Origin: Pavona decussata
Taxonomy: Eukaryota
Assembly: GCA_977016875.1 (NCBI GenBank)
Contig: CDRNST010000013.1
Span: forward strand, 1,240,001-1,304,000
Length of the DNA: 64,000 bases
Direction: 5' to 3'
A program made the translations under genes and the position numbers. Positions 37,708 through 50,399 of the stretch are shown here, in pieces. The number at the start of each line of letters is the position of its first letter. Position 1 is the stretch's first letter. The notes under the pieces were generated by a model, which saw only the letters and a list, made by a program, of their open reading frames with translations, was not told where the DNA came from and made no database searches.

Positions 37708-40700
37708 TTTAGCACAGTTCAACTCCTCTAAGGATAGTATGGCTTGACTGTTTCCAGTAGACCTGTGCCAACGTAGCATCCATGCCACGCTTTTCAATGT
37801 TCGAAGGTACTTGCTTGTCCTGTGTCCTGGAGGTATCAAGAATGTCCTCAACATACATAGGTTCCTCATTGTCCGTTACGGCCATCATCAGCAATGCTTT
37901 CCCTGTTTCATTCTTTGAATGCTTTGGCCACTCTGTCTCAGGTCGTTTCAACCATTCGGGGCCATTCCACCAAATCTTAGAGCCAGACAACTGGGTGACT
38001 GTCATACCTCAAGTAGGTAAGTCCACAGGATTTTCATTTGTGGGAACCCATGACCACACTCCATCAACAGCTGTAATCTCCTCCACTCGGTTAGCCACAA
38101 ACACTCCACCCACACGCGGTCCCTGGTTAATCCATGCAAGAGCAACACTAGAATCTGTCCAAAAGAATTCATCATCTATCTTGAGCATCTCATTGTACTC
38201 TAATCTTAGTGAATTGAAAAGTCGAGCTCCTAGTAAGGCATCAAGAAGTTCAAGACGAGGTATCGTGTCTCCATTTGGTGGAGCAAGTCGGCTTTTCGAA
38301 GCCACAAGATTCACTGTTACGTTTCCTTTGATGTCTGCTACACGAAGATAGGCTTCTGCTGCATAGGCTCTGGAGGAGGCGTCAGTGAAAATGTGAGGCG
38401 ACACTCTTGTGTCCTTGTACTGAGAGGGTGTGATTCCTAATCATCGGCTAACTCTGAGATGATTTCCACCGGAGAATCCTTTCAACACTTCTTCAACACG
38501 CCTTCGGAGATCGAGACTGACTTCCTCATCCCATCCGAGCTTCTCTTTCCAATAGTCCTGGACAATTATCTTTAGGGGCGTGACAACCGGGCTCACCAGC
38601 CCACACGGGTCGTAAATCTTAGACACACAGGACAATACTTCTCTCTTCGTAAGTTTCTTGGGCACAATATCTTCCACGTCAACAAGTGGGAGAAGTTCAT
38701 CAGAGTTTAAGTCCCAGCTTACCCCAAGTACTTTGTGTATTTGTTGTACTTGGCTGTCTGAAAACTCACGGAGGAGATCTCCATCATTGGACCGAAATTT
38801 TCGTAGGTTGAAGCCACCATCTTTAAAGATGGGCACCGCCTCATGCCAGAACTCCCTTGCCTTTTCAGTGTTCTCCATAGAGTTCACCGGGTCATCATGT
38901 AAAGATTGCGAAGAAGTTGGGAAGCCATTTCTGATTTGCTGATGAAACTCTCGAGATGCTGTTTCAGGACTACTTGAAGCAGAAATGGTGACGATTTGGC
39001 ACCGAAGAAAACCTTCTTGTATCTATACACCTCAATCTCTCCTTGCAAGTTAAGCCACAAGAAACAACAAACATTCCGGTCTTCATCATGGAGCGACAGC
39101 TGTAGAAAAGCCTTTTCGAGATCACCCACAACGCCAACCTTGCCAATACGGAAACGGGGAAGTATGCCCCACAACAGTGGGTAAAGGTTTGGTCCTTTCT
39201 CAAGGGCATCGTTGAGAGAAAGGCCACCCTCAGACTTAGCTGAGGGATCATGTACAATGCGCAGTTTAGCTGTCTCCCGATCAAGCTTAACAACTCTATG
39301 TGAAATATATGACTGGGGAACGCAGTCATTTGGCAATGGCTCGATATGCCCCTCTTTGAGGAGAGTTTTGTAACTCATTGTCATATGCTGTGTACTCTTC
39401 AGGTGCCATCTTTTTAACCATGCGACGAAGCCTTGTTTCACAGAGGCCCTTGTTAAGTGCTAAATTCTTTCGGGCTTGAGGTTTCCAAGGTCACGACACA
39501 ACATACTTCCAGATTCGTCGCACTGAACAGCATTCTTCACCTCCAGCTCTAAGTCTGGTTCCAACACCTCCTCTTGCACAACACCAAGGTGGTCCAAAGT
39601 CCAGAAGTTTTGCAATTGTTCATGAACAGTGGCTCTAAATGCATGGGCATTAGCTCTCGCTACCACACCTGCAGCTGGAGGAGACCCGCTGCCACCATGA
39701 AAAATCCACCCAAAGATTGTCGGTGTTCTCTTGAGACCATTTCTCAATTTCCACGTCATTCCTGTAACAATGGTATCATAGCAATCTTCTCCAAACACAA
39801 TACCAATATCATCTGCACCAGGACCAGCAAGATATGCAAGGATTGGACAACCACCAACAACCTCTTGAAGAGCTTGATAACACTCAGGCTCCACCCTCTC
39901 AAAGAGACACCAGACAACTCATCCATTACAACAGCTTGAAAGGTGAAGGTACTCGCAATGTTCCCTCCTCTCGCAGTCACCTCAACAACATCAAACTCAC
40001 CTTCCATCACATCCCCAAGCGTCTCAATCCGCAAATGACATTTTCCAACAACTCTCTTCGGCAGACTTGCAGCCAACTGAGAAGACATCATCGTAAAAGT
40101 TGCCCCAGTATCACATAGAGCTCTTACAACCACATTCCCAATAGCATCACACACAGTTCTCATCATAACTCCTGTTGTTTTAAAATCAGCATTCCTTGCA
40201 GATGACGTCATCGCCTCTTGTGGAGGTCGGGACAATGGTGGCACTTGACTCTGGGTACCGGTTGAGGGTACATAGGGAGGGGCAACTGGATTCCAACTTG
40301 GGTGACTTGGTGTGTTGCTTGGTGGGGTCACTGTAGGCTGTCTCTGGGTGTCTTGAACCTTTACTCCACCAGTCTTACACAGCTGTGGGATGTGTGATCC
40401 ACGTCCACACTGGCAAGTTTTTCTAAACCTACTTGCATTCATTCGATGTCCATTTCTAGCACAACGAAAACAGGCTCTCGCTTCTCCCAGCTTTTTGAAT
40501 CGGTCCTCTACTGACATAGGTACAGTACACTGGTTAGGGGTGTGTGGACCCTTGCAGAAGGTGCAAGTGACAGGTTTAGCCATTAAACCAGAAGCAGTTG
40601 GAAACACAGGTTTTTCTTTTTCCACAGATGGGTCTGCACTCTCTCGAATGTCCAATTCCCGCTCCAGAAACCCTAGCATTTTCGAGAATCCTACATTTTC

Positions 40701-41552
40701 CTTTGCTTAACCAGCTTTTTCTTGGGCCTACTCCAATCTCCAATCCCTGGGGAGTTTCGATTCAATCAACGGCATTAAAAGAGCTCCATATTGTTCAGTA
40801 GTCACTCCTTGAACTTCAAGTGCTCTCACAGTTGCACAAAGTTCATCCACTGCATCCCTCATAGACTTGTTTGACTGATCAAGTGATTTCATGTCTGCCA
40901 GCTTGGTCATAAGTCAGTTTCTTTATACTTCATCTTTGCCATAACGTGATTTCAGGCATTCCACAGCAACTTCATAGTTGGCCTCTTCAGTCTTAATGTT
41001 TGCAACATATCCCGCTGCTTCATCAGTCAGCAGGGACTTCAAATACACAAACTTCTGGACTGTAGGTATTTCAGGGTTGTCATGTATGGATACCCTGAAA
41101 ATGTCCCAGAATTCTGGCCAATCCAACACCTCACCCGAGAATTTTCTGAGGTCAGTTTTCAGTAATTTTATTTTAGGCGTACATGAAGTATGTTTTGTCT
41201 CTGGCATGATGTACTCGAACTTTTTAGGCTTTTCACTTGTATTATGCTTTTGTCTTTCTATTAACCACAATTTTAAAACATGAATGCGATCTGTTACCAT
41301 GTCGAACCAAGGTCCTTGAGCGTCAACTTCTTCCCGGACATCAGAGTCATCGTTGAAAAGTTTTTCGATCTCCATCTGAAGATCCTCTGCTTCGTTCAGT
41401 CTCGTAGTTATCGAATCGAGCTTTTCCTCCACTCTAGTGACATCAAGCGAGTCGGACTCAATGATGTTCCTAACAGCATCCAAATCTCTGGTCATCCAAC
41501 CTCTCAACCCACTGCGAGCTCTTTTCAGCTGGTCAATTTGTTTCGGCTTCAT
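37708..41552 (-). pseudogene. BEL gag, protease, RT and RNase H (many frameshifts and stops)
   Basis: DUF1759-like FSGEVLDWPEFWDIF...QKFVYLKSLL; three Cys/His knuckles; ALCDTGAT; SLNDALEKGPNL, GDLEKAFLQ, FGAKSSPF; TKREVLS..SKIYDP.G; FTDASSRAY, KSRLAP, TIPRLEL, WTDS, FVANRV. Confidence 0.93.
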
Positions 41553-41608
41553 TTTGATCCAGCGATGGCGTCAAATGGCAACGAACAACACTCTAGGCGA
41601 ACGGTAAG

Positions 41609-41627
41609 ATCACGTTGCGGGTCACCA
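41609..41627 (-). promoter_or_regulatory. BEL primer-binding site, tRNA-Trp-like
   Basis: TGGTGACCCGCAACGTGAT directly after the 5' LTR, compared with the tRNA-Trp PBS TGGTGACCCCGACGTGAT. Confidence 0.7.
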
Positions 41628-41909
41628 TGTTTGATCTCCAAATCCAACACATTAAACACATCGTTTCCTTCCGTTGTCTCACGTTTATTTCGCCCGATCT
41701 AAAACGTTTCCAGCACGAAACAAGTACAACTTTGACGGCTACTACAAACTCTAGCTCTAATGAAAACACTCTCGTCCTACGAGCACATGCTACAATTCTA
41801 CTCTCGCTAGAGGGGGGTACAACAATTCATGATAATGTCAACGTCACTTCCGGTTTCCTACTCAAGACTAATAACAAAACGATTAAACTAAATTGTTCAG
41901 CTTTCGACA
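41628..41909 (-). repeat. BEL 5' LTR
   Basis: 282-bp direct repeat of 29413-29694. Confidence 0.95.
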
Positions 41910-42415
41910 ATTTGTTTGTTTGCCTTCAAATTTCGACAATAGCCACTTTAACATAAGAAAACAAAAACTCTCTGCCAATTTTTGCTCAAAATATTTTTTC
42001 TCCAAGAGCGATTTTTGTACGATCACTCAACATTTTTTTAATCCTATTTTGAAAATGTTCTGTAACTTTTCACTGCAATTGAATATGGAAAAACGGAGAC
42101 ACGTTTTTTAGCGCTTTGGGTCCAGAAACTGAGGAGCAAATTAAATTAGCGAAAAACAAAATTTGCAGCGACTTGTAGCTTTTAAAAGGTGATGCGGACG
42201 CTCGCATTTAGAGGTTGTGAAAAATTCGACAATTCATTTTATTTGAAAATTCGTGGTATTGTTTGATAGCCAGCTCTATGAGCTTTAATTTGATATAGAG
42301 GTTTAGGTATCTACAGTTTAAACCGGACGCACTAGATCTCTTGGAGGCCAGACACCTCTAAAGGTATACCATAACCTTAAATCAACTCAAATATTGAGTT
42401 TAGGAATACCAAAGC

Positions 42416-43825
42416 ATAATAATAATAATAATAATATAATAATAATCAATTTATATAGCGCTTTTTATATAACATTCAAAAGCGCTTACAATATAAAAAC
42501 GAAAAATTTACTCAAAATCAATAAAATATAAAATTTAAGAATAATCAATCAAACAAAAAGTAAGAAATAAAATAAACAAAGTAAAGAATAATCAGATGTC
42601 ATATGCTTTTTTAAACAAAAATGTCTTCAAGTGTTTCTTGAAAGTGTTTAAGTTCTTGGCAGTCCTAATTGCCAGAGGAAGCTTATTCCACTTGGATGGA
42701 CCAGCAAAAGCGAATGCTCGATCACCAAAAGTCTTACATTTGGTTTGAGGCACCTCTAACAAAGTGAGGTCATTAGATCTCAAAGAGCTTCTGATTGATG
42801 CCTTTTCCCTGATGAGATCACAGATATAATGTGGAGCGATACCATTTAACGCTTTGAAAACAAGTAGTAATATTTTAAATTTGATCCAAAACTCTACGGG
42901 TAACCAGTGAAGATCTTTTAGATAGGGTGAAATGTGACTAAATTTGGGTACTAGACAGACGACTCTAGCTGCAGCATTGAGGACTTTTTGGAGCCGATCC
43001 AGTTGATATTTCGGAAGTCCAGAAAGGAGAGAGTTGCAATAATCCAAGTGAGATGTCACAAAAGCATGAATTAATATTTTGGTGGCCTCAGTGGAAAGAA
43101 ATTTTCTTATTTGTCTAATGTTGTAAAGACCCTTAAAGGCTTTGTTACGAATGTGTCCAATGTGAATGTCCATCGCCATGTGCTCATCAAACCAAGATCC
43201 CAGATTTCTAGTACTCTTTACAGGTTCAATGATGGAGTCCCCAACCATTATAGAATTGATGTTTATTTTGGACAGCTGACCAGGAGAGCCGATAATCAGA
43301 AATTCAGTTTTAGAGTCATTTATCATAAGACGATAAGAGACCATCCAGGCACGAATATCAGCGACACACTTTTCAATCGTACTAACTGCATTATCCTGAG
43401 CCAGCTGTGATTCCGGTTTAAAAGAAAAATAAATCTGGGTATCGTCTGTAAAGGCATGTGCAGATGGAAAGTGTTTTCTTATGACTTCAAACAATTTAGA
43501 TCCATAGAGAAGAAAAAGGACTGGGCCCAGACAGCTTCCCTGAGGTATTCCACGAGACAAGTTGAATTCATCAGAGAGATTGTTCTCTATAACAATGCAT
43601 TGCTTCCTTTCCGATAAGTAAGACTGAAACCATAGAGGAGCAGTGTCCGTTACACCAAAATCGCGTTCTAATGTATTCAACAGTAAAGAGTGGTCAACTG
43701 TATCAAATGCTGCACTAAGGTCCAAGAGAACCAAGAGAGTAACTTCTTGCTTATCCATATTAAGCAAGATGTCATTCTGGACTTTAAGAAGGGCAGTCTC
43801 AGTGGACGAAAAACAACGATAGGCT
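42416..43825 (-). mobile_element. L2-clade LINE, 5'-truncated, with (TTA)n tail
   Basis: ORF 42592-43767: LDLSAAFDTVDH, GIPQGSCLGP, FTDDTQ, INDSKTE, LDYCNSLL, LHWLPV, GDRAFA. (AAT)n at 42416-42445. Confidence 0.92.
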
Positions 43826-43827
43826 GA

Positions 43828-44031
43828 CAGTGGTGGTACCTAGTGGGGCCTATGCTGTAATTGTGTTAAAGTGATGGCTGACAGTGGTGGTACCTAGTGG
43901 GGCCTATGCTGTAATTGTGTTAAAGTGATAATACGATGGAATTGAACTTTCAAGTGTTCAAGGAGAAGTCTTCAAACTAATGCATCACTTTAACACAATT
44001 ACAGAATAGGCCCCACTAGGTACCACCACTG
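43828..44031. mobile_element. Small MITE with about 48-bp TIRs and a tandemly duplicated left end
   Basis: CAGTGGTGGTACCTAGTGGGGCCTATGCTGTAATTGTGTTAAAGTGAT at 43828 and 43882; inverted copy at 43984-44031. Confidence 0.8.
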
Positions 44032-44264
44032 TTTATTGTTTATTTACAGTTTGTCATATTGAAGGTTACAAATCGTGAGTACAAAAACAAGACAATTAAG
44101 TTCAATGACGAGGGAATCTGAAAAATCAGGTTCCCTCACAAGTCAAAGACAGATTAAACGAATATTATAATATGGACAAACCGACCCTAAAACTAGAAGA
44201 CTAAAGATTACAACAGCTTACTATGGTAGTTAATACTTGTTACTTGCTGAATGTGCCACCTTGG

Positions 44265-45382
44265 GTAAAAATCTGCATACTGCATGGAGCTGCGTTTCTA
44301 AATTTGGTCGCCAAAAATTTTTGGCCCTTCAGGCCAAATATTTTTACTTCAAAATTTCCGCAGCAAGAACAATATTTCATCAAAAAAGATGTTTATTTGA
44401 AAAAATAGCTGTCTATATTTAGGCCTTAATAGTTATGCTTAACTTAATTTTCTGTGCTTTGTTGTGGGTTACAATCAACTGAACATTGAAATATTATTCC
44501 TATTTTCTTTACAACGTAGCTCTCTTATTAGAGTACAATAAACATTAAACTTTGTGAATGTCAATCACGATAGCTGGGGAGGCTCTACAAAACTGTCTTC
44601 ACAATGACTGCATTGTTAGCAAATAGCATAGTTTAACATTAACAAAATTCGGGTTTCAATATTATTTTAGGTAGATTCCAAAATTTCGGCATGTGAAACA
44701 ACTGAACTAACCACATAAATACGACAGAGGGCAAAGGCACTCTATGACTTGCTAAAACTAAATCTTGCTTTCAACTTTTTAAAACGCAAAGCTACTTTGT
44801 GCAAGAATGGCACCTCCTGATAATATTCACACTGCTAACAAAATTTCCTGATTTTTTGTTTAAACTATCTTTGATTTCAAAGATATTTCATAAGGCAGGT
44901 TAGCTTTGTTATCAGTTACAGTGTTCTCATTAGTGTTGTTAATGATCCTTGAAGAACGGTCTTCCTGGCCTCTGTCCAGTTGAAAACCACAGCTCAACTG
45001 CCTGTGATGGGACAAACTCAGCGATGGGAGAACCCTCTGAAGATGTGCCAATGAGGTCTTCTGTGGTTTCTGTTTCCAGGCAGGAACGCTTTGCACTTTT
45101 GATGCGGTTTTGGGAAGAAAATGCCCTTTCACACTGTGCACTTGAGATTGGCAGCACAAGAAGAAGCTCTACCAGATGCAAAACGTTTTTATAGTCGGAC
45201 TTATACGGTTCTTTTGTCAACATTGTTGACCACAACCTGCTGTAGGCCATATCTTGAAACTGTGTTTTAACCATCACCTTGAGTGATACCCATTCCTTAG
45301 GCACAGGTTCAACCCTACATCCCCCACTCTCTAGGACAGGCCTAAACCATGTGACTAAGCGTGCCACTTCATCTGACCCAAA
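44265..45382 (-). mobile_element. Partial second copy of the 3' end of the hAT element at 52612-57793
   Basis: Near-identical to about 52660-53741; encodes the hAT dimerization domain LPISSAQCERAFSSQNRIK. Confidence 0.92.
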
Positions 45383-45799
45383 ATGCGTCTACATTTGTTG
45401 AATGGCTCAATGCAACCATTCTCTGCCACTTGAATTGACATGTCCAATACTCTCAACTAGATTCCAGTGGACAAAACCTGGAGTCCAATGGAGTCTTGTC
45501 ATGCAATAAAACCGGAAGTACAGTTGAGTCTACTTGTGTCACTGGAAACCGTGAGTTGATACAAGCACGCTACACATGTAACATAATTCGTTCTTTAAGC
45601 CCTAAGTCAAGACTTAATAGGACTTAATAGGACTTTTCACCACTAGACTTCTGGTTTTATAATGGAAAGCAAGGGGAAATGACTGGAGTCTAGTGGTCAG
45701 TATTGGAACGAAATTGAAGGGCACTATTGGTATTTGAAATTATGTCAAGAGTCATATTGGGCCTTATTCCATGCACCCTTTCACTTGAAACATGTTTTA

Positions 45800-46544
45800 T
45801 GATGTAACATTGCTAATCAATAGGAACAATGCCTGGACATAGGTTAACAAGGACAGCAAACACAGTAATAATTCGATCAATCAATTGGAAGCGTTCCAGA
45901 TAGTATAGAGTATTTCCTGCGAAGGAGACCATTACACTGGCAATACCTCTTGCTTGTATGCTCAGCATCTACTGGGTCAAGCTGGTCTTTTCCTCTTGTG
46001 AATGCTGGAATAGCTAGTTGGGCCTGATGGGACGTACGACATTCTTGTATGGTAAAACCACAATCTGCTAAAATAAAATCTCCATGAATTTGTTATGAAT
46101 TTGTCTGATGTTTCAACCCCATGCTTTTGAAGCAAACGAAATACTGCCCTGAGATGTGATTCCAATGAAAACCTTAACAGTTTTGTGGTTTTTGTAGGAG
46201 GAGAATGTCTGTGCCCTGGCAAAAAGACACGGTGAAATAAGACGTTTACGTTTCAGGTTTTTTAACTGATACTTTACAGAAACATGAATATCCGCAGGCA
46301 GAAATTTGAATAACTGTTGCATGAAACGGGTGTGTACATTTAAGTTGTCTGCAACTGTGGCTCTGCAGAAATGCATTCCTTTAATTTATGTATCAGCAAG
46401 GTTTACGCAGTTCTGAAAACTCTCATAGCTGTCATGTTTCCCCAACTCAGAAATTCAACGGACAATCAATTATCTGCTGGATTTCTGGCGAGATTATACT
46501 TCACGATAATTTGCATTTGGATCGATCATCTTCAGGGTTTCCAG
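45800..46544 (-). pseudogene. ISL2EU/Harbinger-like DDE transposase fragment
   Basis: [34 protein letters not shown]-(ET)SDKFITNS; weak [18 protein letters not shown] further downstream. Interrupted by the Academ element. Confidence 0.75.
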
Positions 46545-47967
46545 TGGCCTGTGAACAGGCTACGGTAGGGGATATGATGAAAGAAAACCGCGAGCCGGGG
46601 GAAAACTGTGCCGAGAGAGGAGCTGGCCAAGGGGGGAATGGGGGGAAGAAGGGCGTGGCTTAGCCTGTAGACAAAGGTTTTATGCCGCCGTTCCAGGGAA
46701 CCCGCTGTGCACTAGATTCTAGTGCAACCTCTGATTGGTCAGATCGCCGATTGTTGACAAGTTGATTGACATCACCATATTCCTGCGGGTTTACGCGATC
46801 AAACTTAGCATATTTCTCTGTTGGGAGTTTGTATCATGGCATCGGGCGGTGAGCGGTTTACAAATGATCTGTTCGAAGAAGCATTGAGCGATTCGCTTAG
46901 GAATTTCTCTCATATTACACAGCTGAAAGAAGAACAGAAATGCTGCTTGCTCGCCAAATTTATTTTGTATACGAATACACGATTAATGGGACGCGGTTAG
47001 CCCCAAATGATGGCATTTTTCCAAACTCGCAGCTTTCAAACCTCCATGGAGCAACAGGCCATCTCTGTAATGATACGCACTCAATTTCTGGTTGTACTGA
47101 TGAAGACAAATTGATGGTGCGGAACAGATTGCATTTCTTAGTTTTGGCTCATAATTGCCCAGCTCGTTCAAAATGGTTTTTCCTACTGCAGCCGGCTTTC
47201 CTGACTTGCAAATTGTAGTTAGGAATATGACCAAAAGTGGACACATTTCACACAGTTGGAGATAAAACTGAGTTACAGAAGGTAGATACTGAACAAGAAG
47301 ACGACACTTTTAACATACAATCAGGATTTTTTTAATAATTTACTACTTCCATTATAGTCTGCTTAGTGTTTTCCACAAAAATGTGGGATTTCATGGTTTC
47401 CATTCTGGAAAGTGCCCTTGCAGCAGCGGGGAAGTTTCCCCTGTCAATGTTTTTAACCGCTTTCCTCTCCATGGCGTCCTTGCACTCATGTTCTTTAACC
47501 TTTCCAGTATTTGGGTACCCAATGAAGATCTAAAACAATAAGAAATCCAAATTTCAGCTGATTTTTAGTACAGCACTATAAGCTTAAGAAGTTTCATGCT
47601 AAATTTTCGGAATTTAAAGTCAAAACTAGCATGAAATCTAATTTAGCAAGCAAATAAGCTAACCTTGTACACTGGTTTATTTTGTCCCTGCGGAATATTT
47701 ATTGATGCGTGCATTTTTCCTCGATTGTAAGGGGATTTTCACCGTTTTCCTTGCTTGCTTCTTGGTTAAAGGTAAGTGACCTGTGTGAAGTTTTTGCTTG
47801 GTTTGGTCTCCGGTCGACTGAGGCGCTTTTTCCGTGGCGAGACTTCCATCTTTATTTCGCTTCGCCGAAGGTGTAATTCCTGCAGGCGAACGAAGCGCTA
47901 CTGATCTTTTTATACTTGTGTCGGAATTACTGCGGTCTGGAGATACACCAGTAATTGTAGTATCGTA

Positions 47968-48310
47968 TTGTTAAGAAATGCCTGCAAGGTCAATGTCCGC
48001 AATATTTTAAAGGATATTTTAAACGTAATAATACAATCCACGCGCGCCACTGGACAAAGCAACCTTTTACATCCCCCTGCTGTGAGGACTGAGATCGCAA
48101 AACGATCTTTCTACTACTATGGTTACACTCTTTTTAACGAACTCTCTGGATGGTATTTCGTATTTATTTGTTTCTAAATTTTTATTCGTACATAGTTTTC
48201 TATCTGCATTATAGTACATCAGTAACCACCGACCGGTTAGCTCAGTTGATTGAGCGTCGTGTGGGAGGTCGTGGGTTCAAACCCCGGCCGGACCAACACT
48301 CAGGGTCTTT

Positions 48311-48343
<33 letters not shown>

Positions 48344-48795
48344 GACATCTGCAAATGGTTAGACTTTCTAGTCTTCTCGGATAAGGACGATAAACCGTAG
48401 GCCCCGTCTCACAACACTTCAATGTTCATAACCCTGTGGGACGTTAAAGAACCCAGACACTAATCGCAAAGAGTAGGGCATGGAGTTTCCGGTGTGCTGG
48501 TCTGGTCTTTGTGCTGTTTCATGATTTCATTGGTTGGGTGGGTAGGATGAGGTCGCTAATGGACATATGCTGATGTAAACCGCATTTGAATATATATGAA
48601 TAGAAAATGCGGTATATAAATGCATTACCATTACCATTACCATTACCATTAGTATTAGTTTAATGGATATGTATATTATAGTTTTAGTACATTGTTGTGC
48701 CCAGGGATCCCATTGATAACAGACAGCTTTTTGCATCTGAAGGGGCTACCCTGAGCGTTATAAATCAATAAAGGTTCTTCTTCCTTCTTCTTCTT
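47968..48795 (+). mobile_element. L2/CR1-like LINE 3' fragment with (CTT)n tail, interrupted by the SINE
   Basis: STRATGQSNLLHPPAVRTEIAKRSFYYYG..LFN; AATAAA then GGTTCTTCTTCCTTCTTCTTCTT. Confidence 0.6.
48225..48650 (+). mobile_element. tRNA-derived SINE with Nin/Deu-like central domain and (TTACCA)n tail
   Basis: A box TAGCTCAGTTG and B box GGTTCAAACCC. The central GGATAAGGACGATAAACCG...TTAAAGAACCC...AAGAGTAGGG...CCGGTGT resembles the Deu/Nin domain. LINE-like tail. Confidence 0.85.
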
Positions 48796-50399
48796 CACAT
48801 TCAAAGCCGGCTCGTTGCAGCAGCTTGTAAGGATTGAGACTAAATGAGAGAGACAAACAGCTTGTCAAGCACAATGCATACAGCTCAGGTCGGAAGAAAA
48901 AAACCTCTCCTTGCGCTAGGTTTTCTAACGTTTGAGCCACAATAATGCTATCTTGTCCAGGGAAAACCAGAAGCTCCTTTTTTTTGGAAACGCCAAAGAC
49001 CGGTACCGAGTTTACTCTTTTTGAACCACAAGTTAGCGACTTTTTGCAAAAGCGACAGTGGAGCTCCAACTTTATTTCACTCTATTTACCGCGAGCTGGA
49101 GAAAATCACGTATTTTCCTTCAAACTGTCATATTCACGTGCGTTCTTATTTATGTTCCAATAATTCCAAGGCATCCAAGCGAAGATAACGACATACTGTT
49201 GACAGCTTATTGACAGGTATAGTACAAGGGGCGGAATGGCAGCTTCAATCCTTTGTCAACAGGCTCCCTCTCCCCAGTGCCCCCCTCGGTCAGCTTCACT
49301 CAGCTCGCTATGCTCACGGCCTTTTCCTTCGCCGTTTCCTTTGCCCTATCCGGCTACGGGAGCCTGTTCACAGGCTAGGTTGCCAGAGGTTTTTGCGGAA
49401 GGGCACATTATTTACTGGAACGTTTGGGATCGGAAGAAATAAACTATCCAGTGTAAATAAGACATAGCCGGAAATACACCACTAATGTGGCCGCATTCTA
49501 CCCATCGGCAGTGATCATGACCCATGAAGTTTCTGATACACAATTTTTAGAAATGGATTGACAAACTTTATTAGAACTATTAAGTGAATTTAATTGGTTT
49601 TATTTTAACTAACTGTACAGAGAATGTCCTATTATGCTACTAATATAGCATAATAAAGTACTATGTATATTCCTTAAAGTTATTACATTTCCATATAATT
49701 TGACTATCTTTCCTTTGCTTCAGGATTTTTCTACCATCTCAAATTTAAATGCCTATTTAAACTGTAACTAATAAAATTTCTCTCCAAAGATATATGACAG
49801 TAATTTGCAAAAACTTTACAAAAAAGTGTTTTCTTTGATTCTGTAAGTATGAAAATACAGTCAAAAAAATATTGGTATAAATATGTTCTACCGTTCTTCC
49901 AAAAGCTATATAATAATACTTTCTGTTTAGTCTTAATAAAAATAAGTAAAAATATAATCAACGTAATCATTCTTAATGCAAGAATTTAAATAACTTGAAA
50001 GAGATAATGCATACTGTTTTGATTATGAAATTAAAAAAAATGGGGTTAAAATATTAAACATTTGTATAAGATTTGAATTTGTTGAAATATAAATAGATAT
50101 AACTTGACGGTGTACTTATTATCATCACCAACGATTAGGGAATTAAAAAGTGGGACTTAAATATTAAATATTTGTCATGCATATTCATCATGAACTATTA
50201 TGGCATTATAAAAATGGGACTAAAAACACAAACTATACACACTTTAATGACCCTCCCTGAAAAGGGCTTTTCAGTGACAATAATAATTAATTCACAACAT
50301 TAAACGTCAAAACGATAGTAAATCTAAAAGTTACAAGGATGCAATGCAATGATTTTTGTAAGAGTAAAAATTAAGCTAAAGAATGGTCGCTAAAAATAA

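Larger units (their letters stand above)
29413..41909 (-). mobile_element. Full-length BEL/Pao LTR retrotransposon (defective)
   Basis: 282-bp LTRs at 41628-41909 (5') and 29413-29694 (3'), TG...CA termini, 5-bp TSD ATTTG (29408-29412 / 41910-41914), PBS and PPT present, gag-PR-RT-RH-INT domains. Confidence 0.97.
29190..42358. mobile_element. Long-TIR MITE (about 670 bp without inserts; Kolobok-like TTAA flanks) hosting the BEL element
   Basis: About 150-bp imperfect TIRs (29190-29340 versus 42219-42358, e.g. GCGTCCGGTTTAAACTGTA and TATATCAAATTAAAGCT). Flanks are TTAA and TAAA. Confidence 0.8.
46545..49377. mobile_element. AcademH-like internally deleted DNA transposon
   Basis: TIRs T(G/A)GCCTGTGAACAGGCT with a subterminal match AGCCTGT(A/T)GACAAAGG; 9-bp TSD GGTTTCCAG (46536-46544) / GGTTGCCAG (49378-49386). 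+ strand ATG at 46836 gives ...FEEALSDSLRNF..ITQLKEEQ (RecQ-like start). The convergent - strand ORF begins HCRFCKK. Confidence 0.8.

Noticed and set aside
37782-41702. Plus-strand ORFs over the BEL element, and similar antisense ORFs over the Gypsy, LINE and hAT sequences
   Set aside because: These are shadow frames opposite recognisable transposon coding sequence.
48227-48295. tRNA gene
   Set aside because: A and B boxes are present but the anticodon arm is degenerate, and the sequence continues into a SINE body and tail.
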